Shown here: one piece after another, positions 24,130 through 36,339 of the stretch
Position numbering within the stretch: position 1 is the first letter of the stretch
How the letters are laid out: each line of letters opens with the position of its first letter
Assembly (NCBI RefSeq): GCF_018350175.1
Contig: NC_058383.1
Span: 16,060,001 to 16,124,000, forward strand
Direction: 5' to 3'
Length of the DNA stretch: 64,000 nt
Source: Felis catus
Lineage: Eukaryota
Position numbers and translations under genes: made by a program
The notes under the pieces: model-generated
Told to the model about the DNA's origin: nothing
Seen by the model: only the letters and a program-made list of their open reading frames with translations
Databases searched by the model: none

Positions 24130-25535
24130 TCCCCATTCCCTTTCATGGAGGCTTGGCAGGGATCTCTGCTCTAGCTCGTCACCTTGGTTTCTGGGGCCTC
24201 TGCATCCATGGCCACATCCCCTTGGGCCACTGCAGTTCCATCCCTGGGCTGGTTTGAAGGCCTATCTTTCATCAACACCTGAAGATGTTCCTTCCTTCCT
24301 GCCAAGTATGGCTATGTGGTTAAGCTTTTTTTCCCGGCATGTTTTATCCAATATTTCTGCATTTTCTGTGTTGGCTCAATCTACCATGCCAGAACCAGAA
24401 ATCCAAAAAGGTTTTCATAAGCTTGTTCATGACACCAAACTTGCTTTGCTGAGTTAGAACGCTAGACTCTATGTTTTCTGTTTGGGAAAAGGTCACAGCA
24501 AGGATATAGCAGGACAGTACTGGAAGTAGCTGACCAGCAATCTTTCTATAGCAGGATCTGTGAAAGCCCAAACCTCCCAGGACCCTTCAGGAAAACACCA
24601 CTGAAAGTAAGTGTCCTACTGAGAGGGGATGGATGTGTCATTTTCTCATTCAAGGGATAGTAGAGTCTGATATCATTTCATAACTGCCAGTACAGAGGAA
24701 ATGCTCATTTTTAAATGATGAGGAGTGGACCAGTAAACATCCTATGTACATGGATGACCCACTGTCTCACTAGGCGATGAAGCCATCTACTGAGCACACA
24801 TCTAACAGCTAGACACAGTCGGCCTCTTGATATTTAAACTTCATATGATCTGTATAAGGTAGGTATCATTATCCCCAGTTTTCAGGAGAAAAGTAAGTCT
24901 GAGAGGATTAAGTAACTCGCCCTATTACTTAAGAGGTAGAACTTCGTGTCAGGAGTGTTGAATCGCTATATTGTACACCTGAAACTAACATTACACTGTA
25001 TGTTAACTAACTGGAATTTTTTTAAAAAAAGGGGGGGGAGGGCTTCAATGAAAACCTAGGCCTGTCTGATTCAGGTGTCTCCCGCTTTCCACCTATGTAG
25101 CTCCCCTGTGGGAAACCACCTCTCAATTTCACTTGGATGCTCTGTTTGTTACTAGGATGCAATGAATGGATTATTCACTACCTCTCCCCTTCCATTCTAC
25201 TCTATCAGTATAACTAAGTTCCAAGGTCTTGTTTCTGCATCCAGGTGAAAACAGATATTTCCCTGTGGTCTGAAGTAGACTGAACCCAGGGTTAAATCCT
25301 GAAGTCTGCTGAGATTTCATCTGCACGCTGCCATCCCACATACTACCCTGGGGCAGCCTGAGGCCCCTGTGACATGTCTTCATTGAGGTCTGTTCCTCCC
25401 CAGATCTATGAACCCCAGCACAGGTACCCTGACTGATAGGATAAGCTTGGTCCCTGAACTTCAGGAGGAACTCTGAAGCCTGTGACTTCTCCTTCTGGGC
25501 CTCCTGTCCCTGTCATCCTGTTCTAAGTTCTTTTC

Positions 25536-25730
25536 CTGTATTAGCTCATTTAATCCTGACAACAACTGTTGATGCAAAAACTACTGTTTTCAGTGGTGTA
25601 CAGATAAAGAAACTGAGGTTCAGAAAAGCTAAGTAACCTGCCAAAAATCACACAGCTAATAACTTGCAGAACTGGGATTCAAACTCCAGCAGTCTGGTTC
25701 CCAGATCCGTGCTCTTAACTCCTGTGCTAT
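25536..25730 (-). mobile_element. MIR
   Basis: ctcatttaatcctgacaac..acagataaagaaactgaggttcaga..aagtaacctgcc..cacacagcta..ctgggattcaaactcc. Confidence 0.8.
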
Positions 25731-25968
25731 GATCTAAGATGCACAGAGAATTTGGACTTTTTCCTTTAGTATTTATCACTATATAATATAATGTGCATTA
25801 TTCTTCAAAAAAAAAAAAAAGAAAAGAAAAGAAACTATTTTAGGGGCCCCTGAGTGGTTCAGTCAGTTAGGCAACCGACTTTTGGTTTTGGCTCGGGTCA
25901 TGATCTCATGGTTTGTGGGGTCGAGTCCCACGTCGGGCTCCAAACTGATGGTGTGGAGCCTGCTGGAG

Positions 25969-26009
<41 letters not shown>

Positions 26010-26612
26010 GCCCCTCCTCTGCTTGCTCTCTATCTCTCTCTCAAGACAAAGAACTAAGCATTAAAAAAAAAACCTCTTTTATGTTTGTCTCTATCACTAA
26101 AATATAAGCCTCACAAGGGTAGAGATCTTTGTCTATTTTGTTCACCACTGTATCAGCATCTATGTCAGCATCTAAAACAGACCTGACCAGAGTAGGTACT
26201 TAGGAAGTACATTTTGAATGAATGAATGAGTACTGTAAAAATGTTAACCATTAGTGTCTTTGCACAAAAAAAATAGGCCCACAGCAAATATGTTTCCCCC
26301 CATAAAAGAGAAGTCCTCCCCACAGAGATTACTTTCTTTACCATCCCAGACCCAAAGGCAAAACTCAGAAGATTTTGTTTGCCCTCTCTGCTTTTATCAC
26401 ACTCTCTCAAGCCCTTAGCTTTCCTGAGGATGTCAGTGTCCATCCAATGGCCATGCAATTACCCTGACTCATCGTCCCAGATCTCCCTCAACTCTGATGA
26501 CCTTTGCTTCCATTCCACCTAAATTGCCTATAGGAGTGGCCTTTGTGATCCTTTCAAATGTCCAGATTTCTGAATTCTTGAGCTCTAATATTCTGCTCTT
26601 TGTACACACCCT

Positions 26613-27135
26613 CTGTGGCAGATTGTATTTTCCAAGATGGTTGCAATGAGATTCCCCCATGCAACACACTTTTCTCTGTGATGTTGACCCTGCTCCTGTC
26701 AAGGTTGAGTCTGTGTTCCTTTGAAGCCAAGAGGGTCTGTAACTATGGCAGAAGTGACCCTCTGTATTTCCAAGTCTACATCATAAAAGGTGATACTTCT
26801 TCATGGTCTTCTTGGAATGTTTTCTCTTTGAGCCCAGTCACCACGCTGGGAGGAAGTCCAGGCCACACAGGGAGGCTGCACTTAGATCTCCCAGCCAACA
26901 GCCCCAGGTCTCAGCTGACAGCCAATATTAGTCACCCAACATGGGACTGAAGATGGCTTTGAGATAACTCCAGTCCCAACCATACTAACAGCATGAGGAA
27001 CCCAAGTGAAAACCACCTAGCCAAATCCGGTCAACTATACCAGAACTATTAAAAAAAATAAATAAATAAAAGGATTGTGTTTTAAGCCTCTAAATCTTTG
27101 GGGTTATACATTATGCAGAAAGAGTAACTGAAACA
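26613..27135 (+). mobile_element. MLT1 (MaLR) LTR
   Basis: tgtggcagattgtattttccaagatgg ... gttttaagcctctaaatctttggggttatacattatgcag..taactgaaaca. Confidence 0.8.
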
Positions 27136-28404
27136 CATTCTTTTCCTTCTAGCTCTCCAGTTCTCTTATGCACCAAACCTAGTCTCTCACTGGAAACCTG
27201 CTGTGACCTAATCAATGTTTTCCCCATAGACCCAGCAGGAGATGGGTTGGGCATCTTTCTCCTTTTCATGGCCATTTCCAGACCATTTTTCATCCTGCTT
27301 GGCTAACCTAAATGTCTCTGCATTCTCCCGCATTCTATCACCAAGAATATTCAATCTGTGCGAGTGCAGCAAGCCTTGGTTTTATAGGGTTCCCTCCCTA
27401 AGGATTTCTGAGATTCTCTGAGGAAGCTAAAATGCCACCCCTAAAGAGGTGAGTTAATTTGCTCACAGTCCATATCACAGCCAGCAGTGAAGCCACATGC
27501 CAGCAGTACCTGGCTGTCCCTGCACACCACACTTTCTTTTCTTGTATACACTCTCCTTGCTATATGAGAGCAAGAATACTTTTGATCTAACCAATGTGCA
27601 TGCTTTCTGTTTAAAGCAAAATACATAATAAATTAACCCTGCCAAGGTATCGAATTCTTAGTGGAACCATGTGTTAAAAGCAGCTGTCTTCAAACACAAC
27701 TCTTATGAATGTTTATAATTTTGTTTCCTGATTAGAGACTTCCCATGATACTCTGAACTCAACAATTCACAGGAAGCCCAAGAATAAATTATCAAAAAAT
27801 CATTAACAAAAATCTTTATTTAATAATTGTGTTGGTGATCTTTTCTTGCTGGTATAGAAAATATTTTTTAGAAGATGCCTCAGTGTTTAGGAACAAGGAG
27901 ACTTCTAGCAACTTTTTGGCCATGAGTTGGATACAACACAAGGTAAGCCTCTTTTATATAAGAAATACATTTCACAAAAGTGTTGAATAAAGGCACATTT
28001 TGAGCATCAAAGGAATTGGTCTGGAATAAGAGTAGAGGAGCAGGATTGTGTAGTTTAAGAGCATAGGTTGGAATTGAAGCTTTAATCACCCTTCGCCTCA
28101 GTATCTTCATCTATAAAATGGGGGTGGCAGTAATACCTGCCTCAGAGGGTTTGAGGAAGGTTAAATACACGGTGACTGACCCACACCAGGTGCTCAATGA
28201 ATGTTAACTCTTGTTATCTTAATCTTTGTCTCTATGTATAAAAGAAAAACGCAGCATTCAGTGAAAGTTTTTCCAAAAGCAATGGCTTAAAATAAACTAT
28301 TTGAAGACTAAGATTATCATTTGGGTAAATGCTATCCCAAATTTAACTGATCTGTATTCCAATAACTACATGAAACACATCAAATTGTGTAGTTACTTAG
28401 AAGA

Positions 28405-28810
28405 ACATTTAACAACTAATGCAAAATGCAGATTCCTGGGCTTTGCTTCATATCTGATTCCCATCAGAGAAGATGCCTAGAAATGTGCATTTTTGTGAAA
28501 CCTCCCTCCAGGTGATCCTTATGATCAGGCAAATTCAGGCAGTAACATTGATTGAAGGGTTGGGGAGTGTATGATTTTCCTGAGGAGGGCATTTTAGTAA
28601 GCCTCACCTTGAACAGTCTCCAGGTTAAATGATATTGTTGAGCAGCTGTTTTCAAATTCTAATGTACTTAAGGATCACCTGGAGAGGTGGTAAAAATTCA
28701 GATTCCTAGTCCTACCTTTAAGAGAGTCAGATTCAGAGATTCAGGTGGCACTTGGGAATCAGCATTTTTTAACCAGCCCCTCCCCTCTAGGGTGAGTCTT
28801 TGAGAAGCAT
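28405..28810. mobile_element. Two MER5-like hAT MITE fragments
   Basis: gcagattcctggg..gaaatgtgcatttt..ctccaggtgat and atcacctggagag..cagattcct..ggaatcagcattttttaac. Confidence 0.65.
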
Positions 28811-29111
28811 TTTTGACTCTTGTCATTCACATGCTAGAGAGGAAACAGACATAGATATTTTTTAAATCTGACTTTCCTATGTAATTTGAACATCTCAGAC
28901 CTCCTCAACTTGTAGGTACAAACAACTTTGCAATAAAATTATAAATGGATCTTGTGAAATTCGAATACTAGATGATCATCCAAGAATCAGTTCTCCTCTC
29001 CAGGTATATATCCGGAGATCTCAAAAAAGTGCCTTCATGTGTATGTGTGTTTTTTGTTCACCAGACCGATGGCTCAAATTTCAGCCTCACCACTTACATG
29101 CTGTGGGCAAC

Positions 29112-29636
29112 TTGTTATTTATCTATTGCTGCATTACAAATTATCCCAAAACTTAGTGGTTTAAAACAGCAGCAATCATTTTATTATTTCTCATGGTTTC
29201 TGTGGTTGGGAGTTTCAGCAAGGTTTGAGTTGGCTCAGTGTCTTTCATGTGGTTACAATCAGACAGTGGTTGGAACTGGAATAGCAGGGGGTGGAGGAGC
29301 TGGGGTTTGCTGGATATCTCTCCCTCTTCACGTAGTTTCAGGACCTCTCTATGTGGTCACTCCTTGTGGGTAAGTTTGAGCTTCCTCACAGCATGGTGGC
29401 CTCACAGCAGTCAGACTGCTTCCGTGGTAGCTCAGGGTTTGAGGATAAGTATTTCTTTCTTAAAAAAATGTTTGGGGCACCTGGGTGGCTCAGTCAGTTA
29501 AGCATCCGATTTCGGCTCAGGTCATGATCTCATGGTTTGTGGGTTCGAGCTATGCATCAGGCTCTGTGCCGACAGCTCAGAGCCTGGAGCCTGCGTTGGA
29601 TTCTGTCTCCACTTTCTCTGCCCCTCCCCCGCTCAT

Positions 29637-29677
<41 letters not shown>

Positions 29678-30122
29678 AATGAATAAACATTATTGCCACA
29701 TTATGTTTATTCATTTTTGAGAGAGAGAGCATGAACAAGGAAGGGGAAGAGAGAGAGGGGGACAGAAGATCTGAAGTGGGCAGCAAACCCTTTATGGGAC
29801 TCAAACCCATGAACCATGAGATCATGACCTGAGCTGAAGTCAGATGCTTCACTGACTGAGCCACTCAGGCACCCCCAGCATAAGTATTTCTGTAAAGAAG
29901 GTGGAAAGTGCATCTCCTTTGTGACCTAGGCTTTGAGGTCACATTGCCTCATTTCTGCTGCATTCCATAGGTTACAAGAGATCCAGAAGCCTGATCAAGA
30001 TTCACGTGGAGGAAAATAGACCCCATCTTTCAATGGTAGGAGGATCAAAGTCACATTGCAAAATAACACGTGGGTTAGGACATATTGTGGCAGCCATCTT
30101 TGGAAAATGCAATCTGCCATAT
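29112..30122 (-). mobile_element. MLT1 LTR containing nested inverted CAN-SINEs (29474-29690 +, 29701-29876 -)
   Basis: atctattgctgcattacaaattatcccaaaacttagtgg ... gcagccatctttggaaaatgcaatctgcca; outer TSD ATAAGTATTTCT at 29445-29456 and 29880-29891. Confidence 0.85.
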
Positions 30123-30779
30123 AACCTGTCCAAGCTTGACTTGTAGAAGGACGATGATAATAATATCTACTCACTAAGGTTGTAGTGAGGACTAAGAGAA
30201 GAAATACATGGAAAGCACTTAGAATAGTAGCCACCATGCTCCATAAATACTACCTATTATTATCATCATCACTCTTTCTATTGCTTACTGAATGGGCACT
30301 GGGCAGTCATCAGGTCCTCAGAACTGCCTCTCTGAGACCAAATACACCACTGCCTCTGGCCTCTATTTCCCTGAAACACCCTCACTGTCTGTAAATCTTC
30401 CACCATTGCTAGTGTCATGCTGGCTGAGCCAAGACCCTGCAGCCGCCGGTCCCCACACATTCTCAGATATTCCAGTGCATAGACCCCACACTAACTGGCT
30501 GCAATCCATTGCTGCCACTGCCTCAGCAGCATTATTGCCACCAATCCCAAACTCTAGCAGGCAGCCCAACATTTCCACAAAGGAGTCACCTCTGAGTGAC
30601 CTGCCCCCCCCCCCCGCCTCTTTCTGTCACCCCATGCCTGAGGGGCAAATACCTGCTGATTCCCCCCACTACAAACGTCCATTGAGAAGCAAGTAACAGA
30701 ATCAAACAAGTAAACAAAACAACTCCCTCCCTCAGTACTATGCTGAGTTGTGGAGGCTGGAACACTGTTGTCTGGGCCC

Positions 30780-30945
30780 TAAACTGGCCGATTGTAGTAA
30801 AACCTTTTCTCAAGTGACAGACATGGTTGTTCTCCCTGGAGCAAAACACACTCCTAGGATGGGTTCTGACATCAGACCCAGGGCTGTTTCCTGCATACAC
30901 CTCCTCTTTCCTCCTCACCCTGGCCCTGTTTAAACACGTGGCTAT
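30780..30945 (-). pseudogene. Degenerate zinc-finger exon remnant (copy C)
   Basis: One frame reads HVFKQGQ...PWV*CQNPS*ECVLLQGEQPCLSLEK; 16/17 nt match to copy B at 30839-30855. Confidence 0.4.
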
Positions 30946-32732
30946 CACACCAGGTGCCATGAGGACTATGGTAGTTTCCATAGTCTCCTTCCACTGGTCC
31001 CGACAAGTGTAGTTGTAAATTGTAAACCAGACTGAAGTTGATTTTCCCCCAGGGCCTCCCCATACAAGTCAGTAGATGCAGATAGATATTTGGGAGGAAG
31101 GGAACCACTTAGGCCCAGACATGGAACACATTTAAATCCCAGCTCTGCCTGCCGGGATACTCTGTCATACCTACCAGGACCCCCTCAACCACTTGCTTGT
31201 TTAGAAAATAGGCAAAATGTTCCATGTATTTAGGAAAGAGTTTTCATGATTTCCTTGACTTAGGCTGTGGTGGGGGAACTGTTACCCTGGATGGGCGACA
31301 TAGCCCTTCAAGGAACAGATTTCAGCAGGTGTTTTAGAGGAGATGAGGAGGGGCATAAAGAGATCACCAGGAGTCAGACTTCACAGCTCAGGCTGAAGAA
31401 GCAGTTCTCACAAGTGATTCTATGGGCACTGGGGTCCACACCGTGCACTTTGGTACACAAATGTCAGTGTGGCTCAGAGGAGGCTGGGGGGCTCAAGTGT
31501 CAAGTGGATGTAAGCCCCACTGCGGTGGACATCTGTTCTCACCCAGGGGTACCCAGGATCTAAACTGCTCTTACACTTGGCAATCTCCACCTAAGGAGAC
31601 AGAGCTCACCTCCCACTGAAAGAGCTGAAAACACTAGACACTTGCTTTTCTCAGCTTTGCTGGAAGTAATGTATGGGGGAGACCCACTGGCCTTGTGTCA
31701 GGAAGTAGATGCAGTGGCAGCATCTCCATCTCATTTCTTCTGGAGGTGACAGTGACAGAGTTCTGGTGTCAGTGGGGACAGTCTGGGTGTACAGCCAGGG
31801 CATCTTGGAGAGGGATCTCCTCGCTGAACTAGCCCCCAGATAGGATCTGGACGTTTCTGTCTATAGACATCCTCATCATGTTTTCTCTGGTTATCCAGGA
31901 ATTTTGAAAACTATCCAATATCATTTTAACAAGAAGTTCCTTTTTTTTTTCTTTTTGTTGTTTTTTTTTTAAGTTTCTGTCTTTATTTGTTTTGAGCGAG
32001 GAGAGGGTGGAGAGAGAGAATCCCAAGCAGGCTCTGCACTGTCAGCACATGAACCCATGAACCATGAGATCATGACCTGAGCCTAAGTTAGGCACTTGAC
32101 CAACTGAGCCACCCAGGCACTCCTCGTTCCTTTTTGTTTTTTTTTTAATTACCCTGAATTGATATGATGCTTGCCCGTAAGACTTTGACCAATACCGGCA
32201 CTTTTAAACATTTTTTAACTCTAGAGACTTCAGAGCACAGTACTCTCCACAAGGATACCAATGTCTACAAGGGTGCCACTGGCCCAGCACGGGTAAGGCC
32301 TGTCAAGGGGCTGTGGATATCAACCAAGAAGACCAAGGCTGGGAGGTGCACGCTGGGGAAGAATGCATTGGATGCCCTGGGGTAGCAAAGTTGCCAGTTC
32401 TCACCTGTAAATCATTCTTAGGAGACTGGCCTTAATGGTGGAAGGACGATCCTACCACAGCAGGTGAGAGTAAGACCCAGAGAGACATTTAGCGTATTCA
32501 TGACTGTCGATGTGACCTTCCATTTATCTCCAGGCCCGTGTAGCCCCAGGAAATCTGTTATTCCACAACAACCTCCACTGTACCCTAGGGAACCTGTCAA
32601 CCAGGCCCTGGCCACAGACTGTAACCTCAAAATGGGGATCATGAAAGCTTGTTAGAATGCCTGGGGCTGAGAGAGAAAGAATTCTGGAATTTGTTGTTTG
32701 TCTCTCTATATATATATGCTGTCTCTCTCTCT

Positions 32733-32770
<38 letters not shown>

Positions 32771-34354
32771 TTTTTAAGAAGGCTTCACACCCAGCACAGA
32801 GCCTAACATGGGGCTTGAACTCATCACCCCGAGATCAAGACCCGAGCTGAGATCAAGAGTCGGATGTTCAACCAAATGAGTCACCCAGGCCCCCCTGTTT
32901 GTTTATGTTTTTAATTGAGGTATATCAGTATGGTTTTTGTAAAAAACAAAACAAGAAAAAATAAAAAACAAAACCAAAACCCTCTTTTTTAAGTTAAAAA
33001 AAAAATCTTTACATTTATTTATTTTTGAGAGACAGAGCACAGCGAAGGAGGGGAGAGAGAGAAGGAGACACAGAATCCTAAGCTGGTTCCAGGCTTTGAG
33101 CAAGCTGTCAGCACGGAGCCCTACATGGGACTCGAACCCACCAACTGGGAGATCATGACCTGAGCCAAAGTCGGATGCTCAATCGAATGAGCCACCCAGG
33201 CTCGCCTCCCCCCACCAAAAACCCTCTTTTAATGCCTTTGCCTATAGCAGGTGATATAGGAAGGTGGTATGAAGAGAGGGAGAAGGGGACAGAAAAGAAG
33301 AAAAATAAGAGAAAAGGAAATAGGGAAGAATTTCAAGCCAGCAGTATCACTTTCACACATCTCTGCAGGGTTTAGGCGGCAGCATGAGATGTCAGGCCAT
33401 CCAGGGTGTGCCCGTATCATTATCACCATTCTAAGGGAGGCTTAAAGTTCATTTCCCAGTGAGGTACTTCAAGGTTAACAATGCCCTACCATTTGAAGGA
33501 AGGAGTCCAGGGCTTGGCTGCCACTTAAACTGTCTCTGTCTCAGTGCCCTCAAAGGAAGAAGAGAAGGGAGAATTCAGGCACTTTTTTTTTTTTTTTTTT
33601 TTTACTATAAGTTCAAGTGTCCTTTCAAAAGAAACAAAAGAGAAATCACAGAAATATCTATAATGCTACAAGACAGGAACCACAGTAAGAACAAACGGTA
33701 AGCTTTTGAGTCGGAGCCCTCCCAGTGGGGAGGGGGTGGCTGGCAGTTAGGACCAGAGCTTCTCCAGAGGGTGGAAGTGAGAGGAGCTTGCAGGGGCCAT
33801 GACAGCTCACCCTGCTCCTGAACCTGCTCGCACCAGCAGCCCTCTTACAGCCAGCCAGTTAGTCTTGTGCCAGCAACTGTGGCCAATTAACCCTTCTTAT
33901 TTCGTGAGGATGAAAAGTGAGTGATTATTTTTTTGGAGCAAAGAAGTTGACTCTGAACTTTATAGGTGAGGGGATCTTTTGAGATGACTGAGTCCTACCC
34001 CTTTGATAGCAAATTTCAGTAAAATTAAATCTGTAAATGAAACACTTGACACACTGAAAGGAGTCCTGGTAGATGAAGCAAGTTTAAGAGAGTGAGTGTT
34101 CTTGGGGTACCTGGGTGGCTCAGTTGGTTGAGCATCCAACCTCGGTTCAGATCATGATCTCACGGTTCATAAGTTTGAGCCCCACATTGGGCTCTCTGCT
34201 GTCAGCACAGAGCCCGCTTCAGATCCTCTGTCCCTTCTCTTTCTGCCCCTACCCTGCTTGTTCTCTCTCTCTCTCAAAAATAAATACACATTAAAAAGAA
34301 AGAAAAAGAGAGAGCAAGAGAGAAACTGAGGGTTCTTGATAGTTCTGGATGAAG

Positions 34355-34945
34355 TGTTGGTTATTTACTGCTGCACAACAGATGACCCCCAACTGTAAAA
34401 TCTTTAGTGGCCTAAATGACAATACCTGTCATCTCAGAGTTTCTGTCAGACAGGAGTCCAGGCTTCCAGGAACCCACAGCCTAGCTGTGTCCTGTCTCTC
34501 TGGGTTCTTACAAGGTTTCATCAAGTTGTCAGCCAGGGCTGCAGTCTTATCTGAAGGCATGACTGCAGAAGGATCTGCCTCAAAGCTCCCTTACATTGTT
34601 CTGATTGTTGGATTCACTTCCTCACTGGTTGTTGGACTGAGGGCCTCCATTCTCTGAAGCTGTCGTCCACGGGCTACCCTCAGTTCCTCTCCATATGGCA
34701 GCTCACTTTATCAGAGTGAGCAAGCAGAAAGAGCAAGAGAGGGTGCCAGCAAGAAAGAATGTGCTAACGAGATGGAAGTCCCAATCTTTTGTAACTTAGT
34801 CCTAGAAGTGACATCGCATCACCTTTGTGTATTCTGTTCCTTAGAAGTCACCAGGTCCAGCCTATACTTAAGAGGAAGGCATTATACAAGGAGTGAATGC
34901 CAGGAGGCAAGATTATTGGGAGGCACATCAGAAGCTGCCTGCGAA
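34355..34945 (-). mobile_element. MLT1 LTR
   Basis: ggttatttactgctgcacaacagatgacccc ... tctgttccttagaagtcaccaggtccagcc. Confidence 0.75.
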
Positions 34946-35788
34946 AACAGGGGTATATAGAAGGTAGGAAAAGGTCAGAACCACAGAAGTATAGAATTTT
35001 CTGATTGAAATGAAAGGGGCCCAATAAATCCAGCCATCTGCATGTTGCCTGAATTCCTAATATAGCTCCCTGTCAAGTAGCTTTTCACTCTACATCTGCA
35101 CAATGGTGTAGTTAGAAATGGTAATCCTGGTTGTACTGGGCTAGAAACCACCTGCCTATAACATTCATCCATGCCCAAGAGGCACGCTATAACCCATGAA
35201 AATGGTGGAAAGGTCAGAAGATTCTATTCTCTTTAATGGTTAACTGCTTTGATGAAAGCTAAAAAGTAAATTGTAAATAAAGATTTGGTCTAATTTTAAA
35301 GTAACCTGGAACATGTAGAATGTTTCTCCAGTTATTAGTTTATATATGTTGACATATAAAATGCAAAAGATCTTCCTAAGAAGCTGGACAAGTCAGTAAG
35401 TTTTAAAGAAAAAAGTAGTGGGAGTATCGAATATTACCAAAACAGACATCAAAGTCAGCAGCTAAAAATTTCAGAACTAAGACAATAAACAGATTAAAAG
35501 GAAGAGAAGTCCCTAGTGCTTTACTCCCTTGACATTAAGGATATTTTTCATATGGAATTTTGAATTTGGCAAGAAGTGTGAACTGTGGCTTCATGACTGG
35601 CAGACAGCATTTGAGAGTTCACAGACTGCTCTCTGGGAAACTGTTGTAGCCAAGGTTGTGGCATCATGTTTGACCACTCACTTCTTCAAAGAGCTAGCTC
35701 AAATGGCTATTTGTAAATGTCAACTCTAGTCTCAAAAGAGAAAAGGTTGTAGAAAGTAATTATAAACTATCAGAAAACAATAAAGCTA

Positions 35789-35833
35789 GGAGGGAGGGCG
35801 GGAGGGAGGGAGGGAGGGAGGGAGGGAAGGAAG
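35789..35833 (+). repeat. (GGGA)n polypurine tract
   Basis: About ten GGG runs with single-base spacers. Confidence 0.9.
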
Positions 35834-36159
35834 GATCTTTTCCCTTGAATACTCCTCCCTTATTTTGGGTGATTACAAGATTATAGGAACTCACATAAGG
35901 CCTACCTTGAGAACCACAGCACTATTTTGGGTGTGTGCTTATTGGAAAACAAAACTCACTAATTAACTCATAGAATAGCCAAGATGCAAGGATCTTAGGG
36001 AACATGTGGTGTCATCCCTAATTTTGAAGAAATTGGGTTCCAGAGAGACTTAAGTAACTCACCAAGTAATTAGAGCAGAGTGACACTTAGGTCAGCTATT
36101 CTCACAGGGGGTCCAATATGAAACAACTAAAGCCAGCTTGGTAATGTCTCCATCTCAGG

Positions 36160-36339
36160 GGGCAACCAGTTTGTCCTTTGCCTTTTGCACCGACTCCACA
36201 AGAGGTATTTCTCAACATTGTGTTTATGCAAACTCTTGAGCAGCACAGACTCCTGAGCTAAGAGACTCTCCACTCTGTGTGCAATTGAGGGCAAAGGCTG
36301 GGATAGCTTGGCCCTGCTCCAAACTCTTTCCTCGGAGGC
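36160..36339 (-). pseudogene. Degenerate C2H2 zinc-finger exon remnant (copy A)
   Basis: Acceptor ttttttctgtcccctcag|G, then LRGKSLEQGQAIPAFALNCTQSGES/(1-nt frameshift)/LAQESVLLKSLHKHNVEKYLLWSRCKR, which keeps the C-x2-C-x3-F-x5-L-x2-H-x3-H-xxEK-x3-C-x2-C register with substituted ligands. Confidence 0.55.

Noticed and set aside
30292..30696. 134-aa Pro/Ser-rich ORF
   Set aside because: No recognisable homology or splice support.
30760..30860. Alternative-frame finger-like string SRENNHVCHLRKGFTTIGQFRAQ
   Set aside because: Not in the frame that aligns with copies A and B; treated as probable coincidence.
35030..35120. Possible KRAB-A fragment (tgacagggagctatattaggaattc on the minus strand)
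   Set aside because: Needs too many gaps to fit; not distinguishable from chance by eye.
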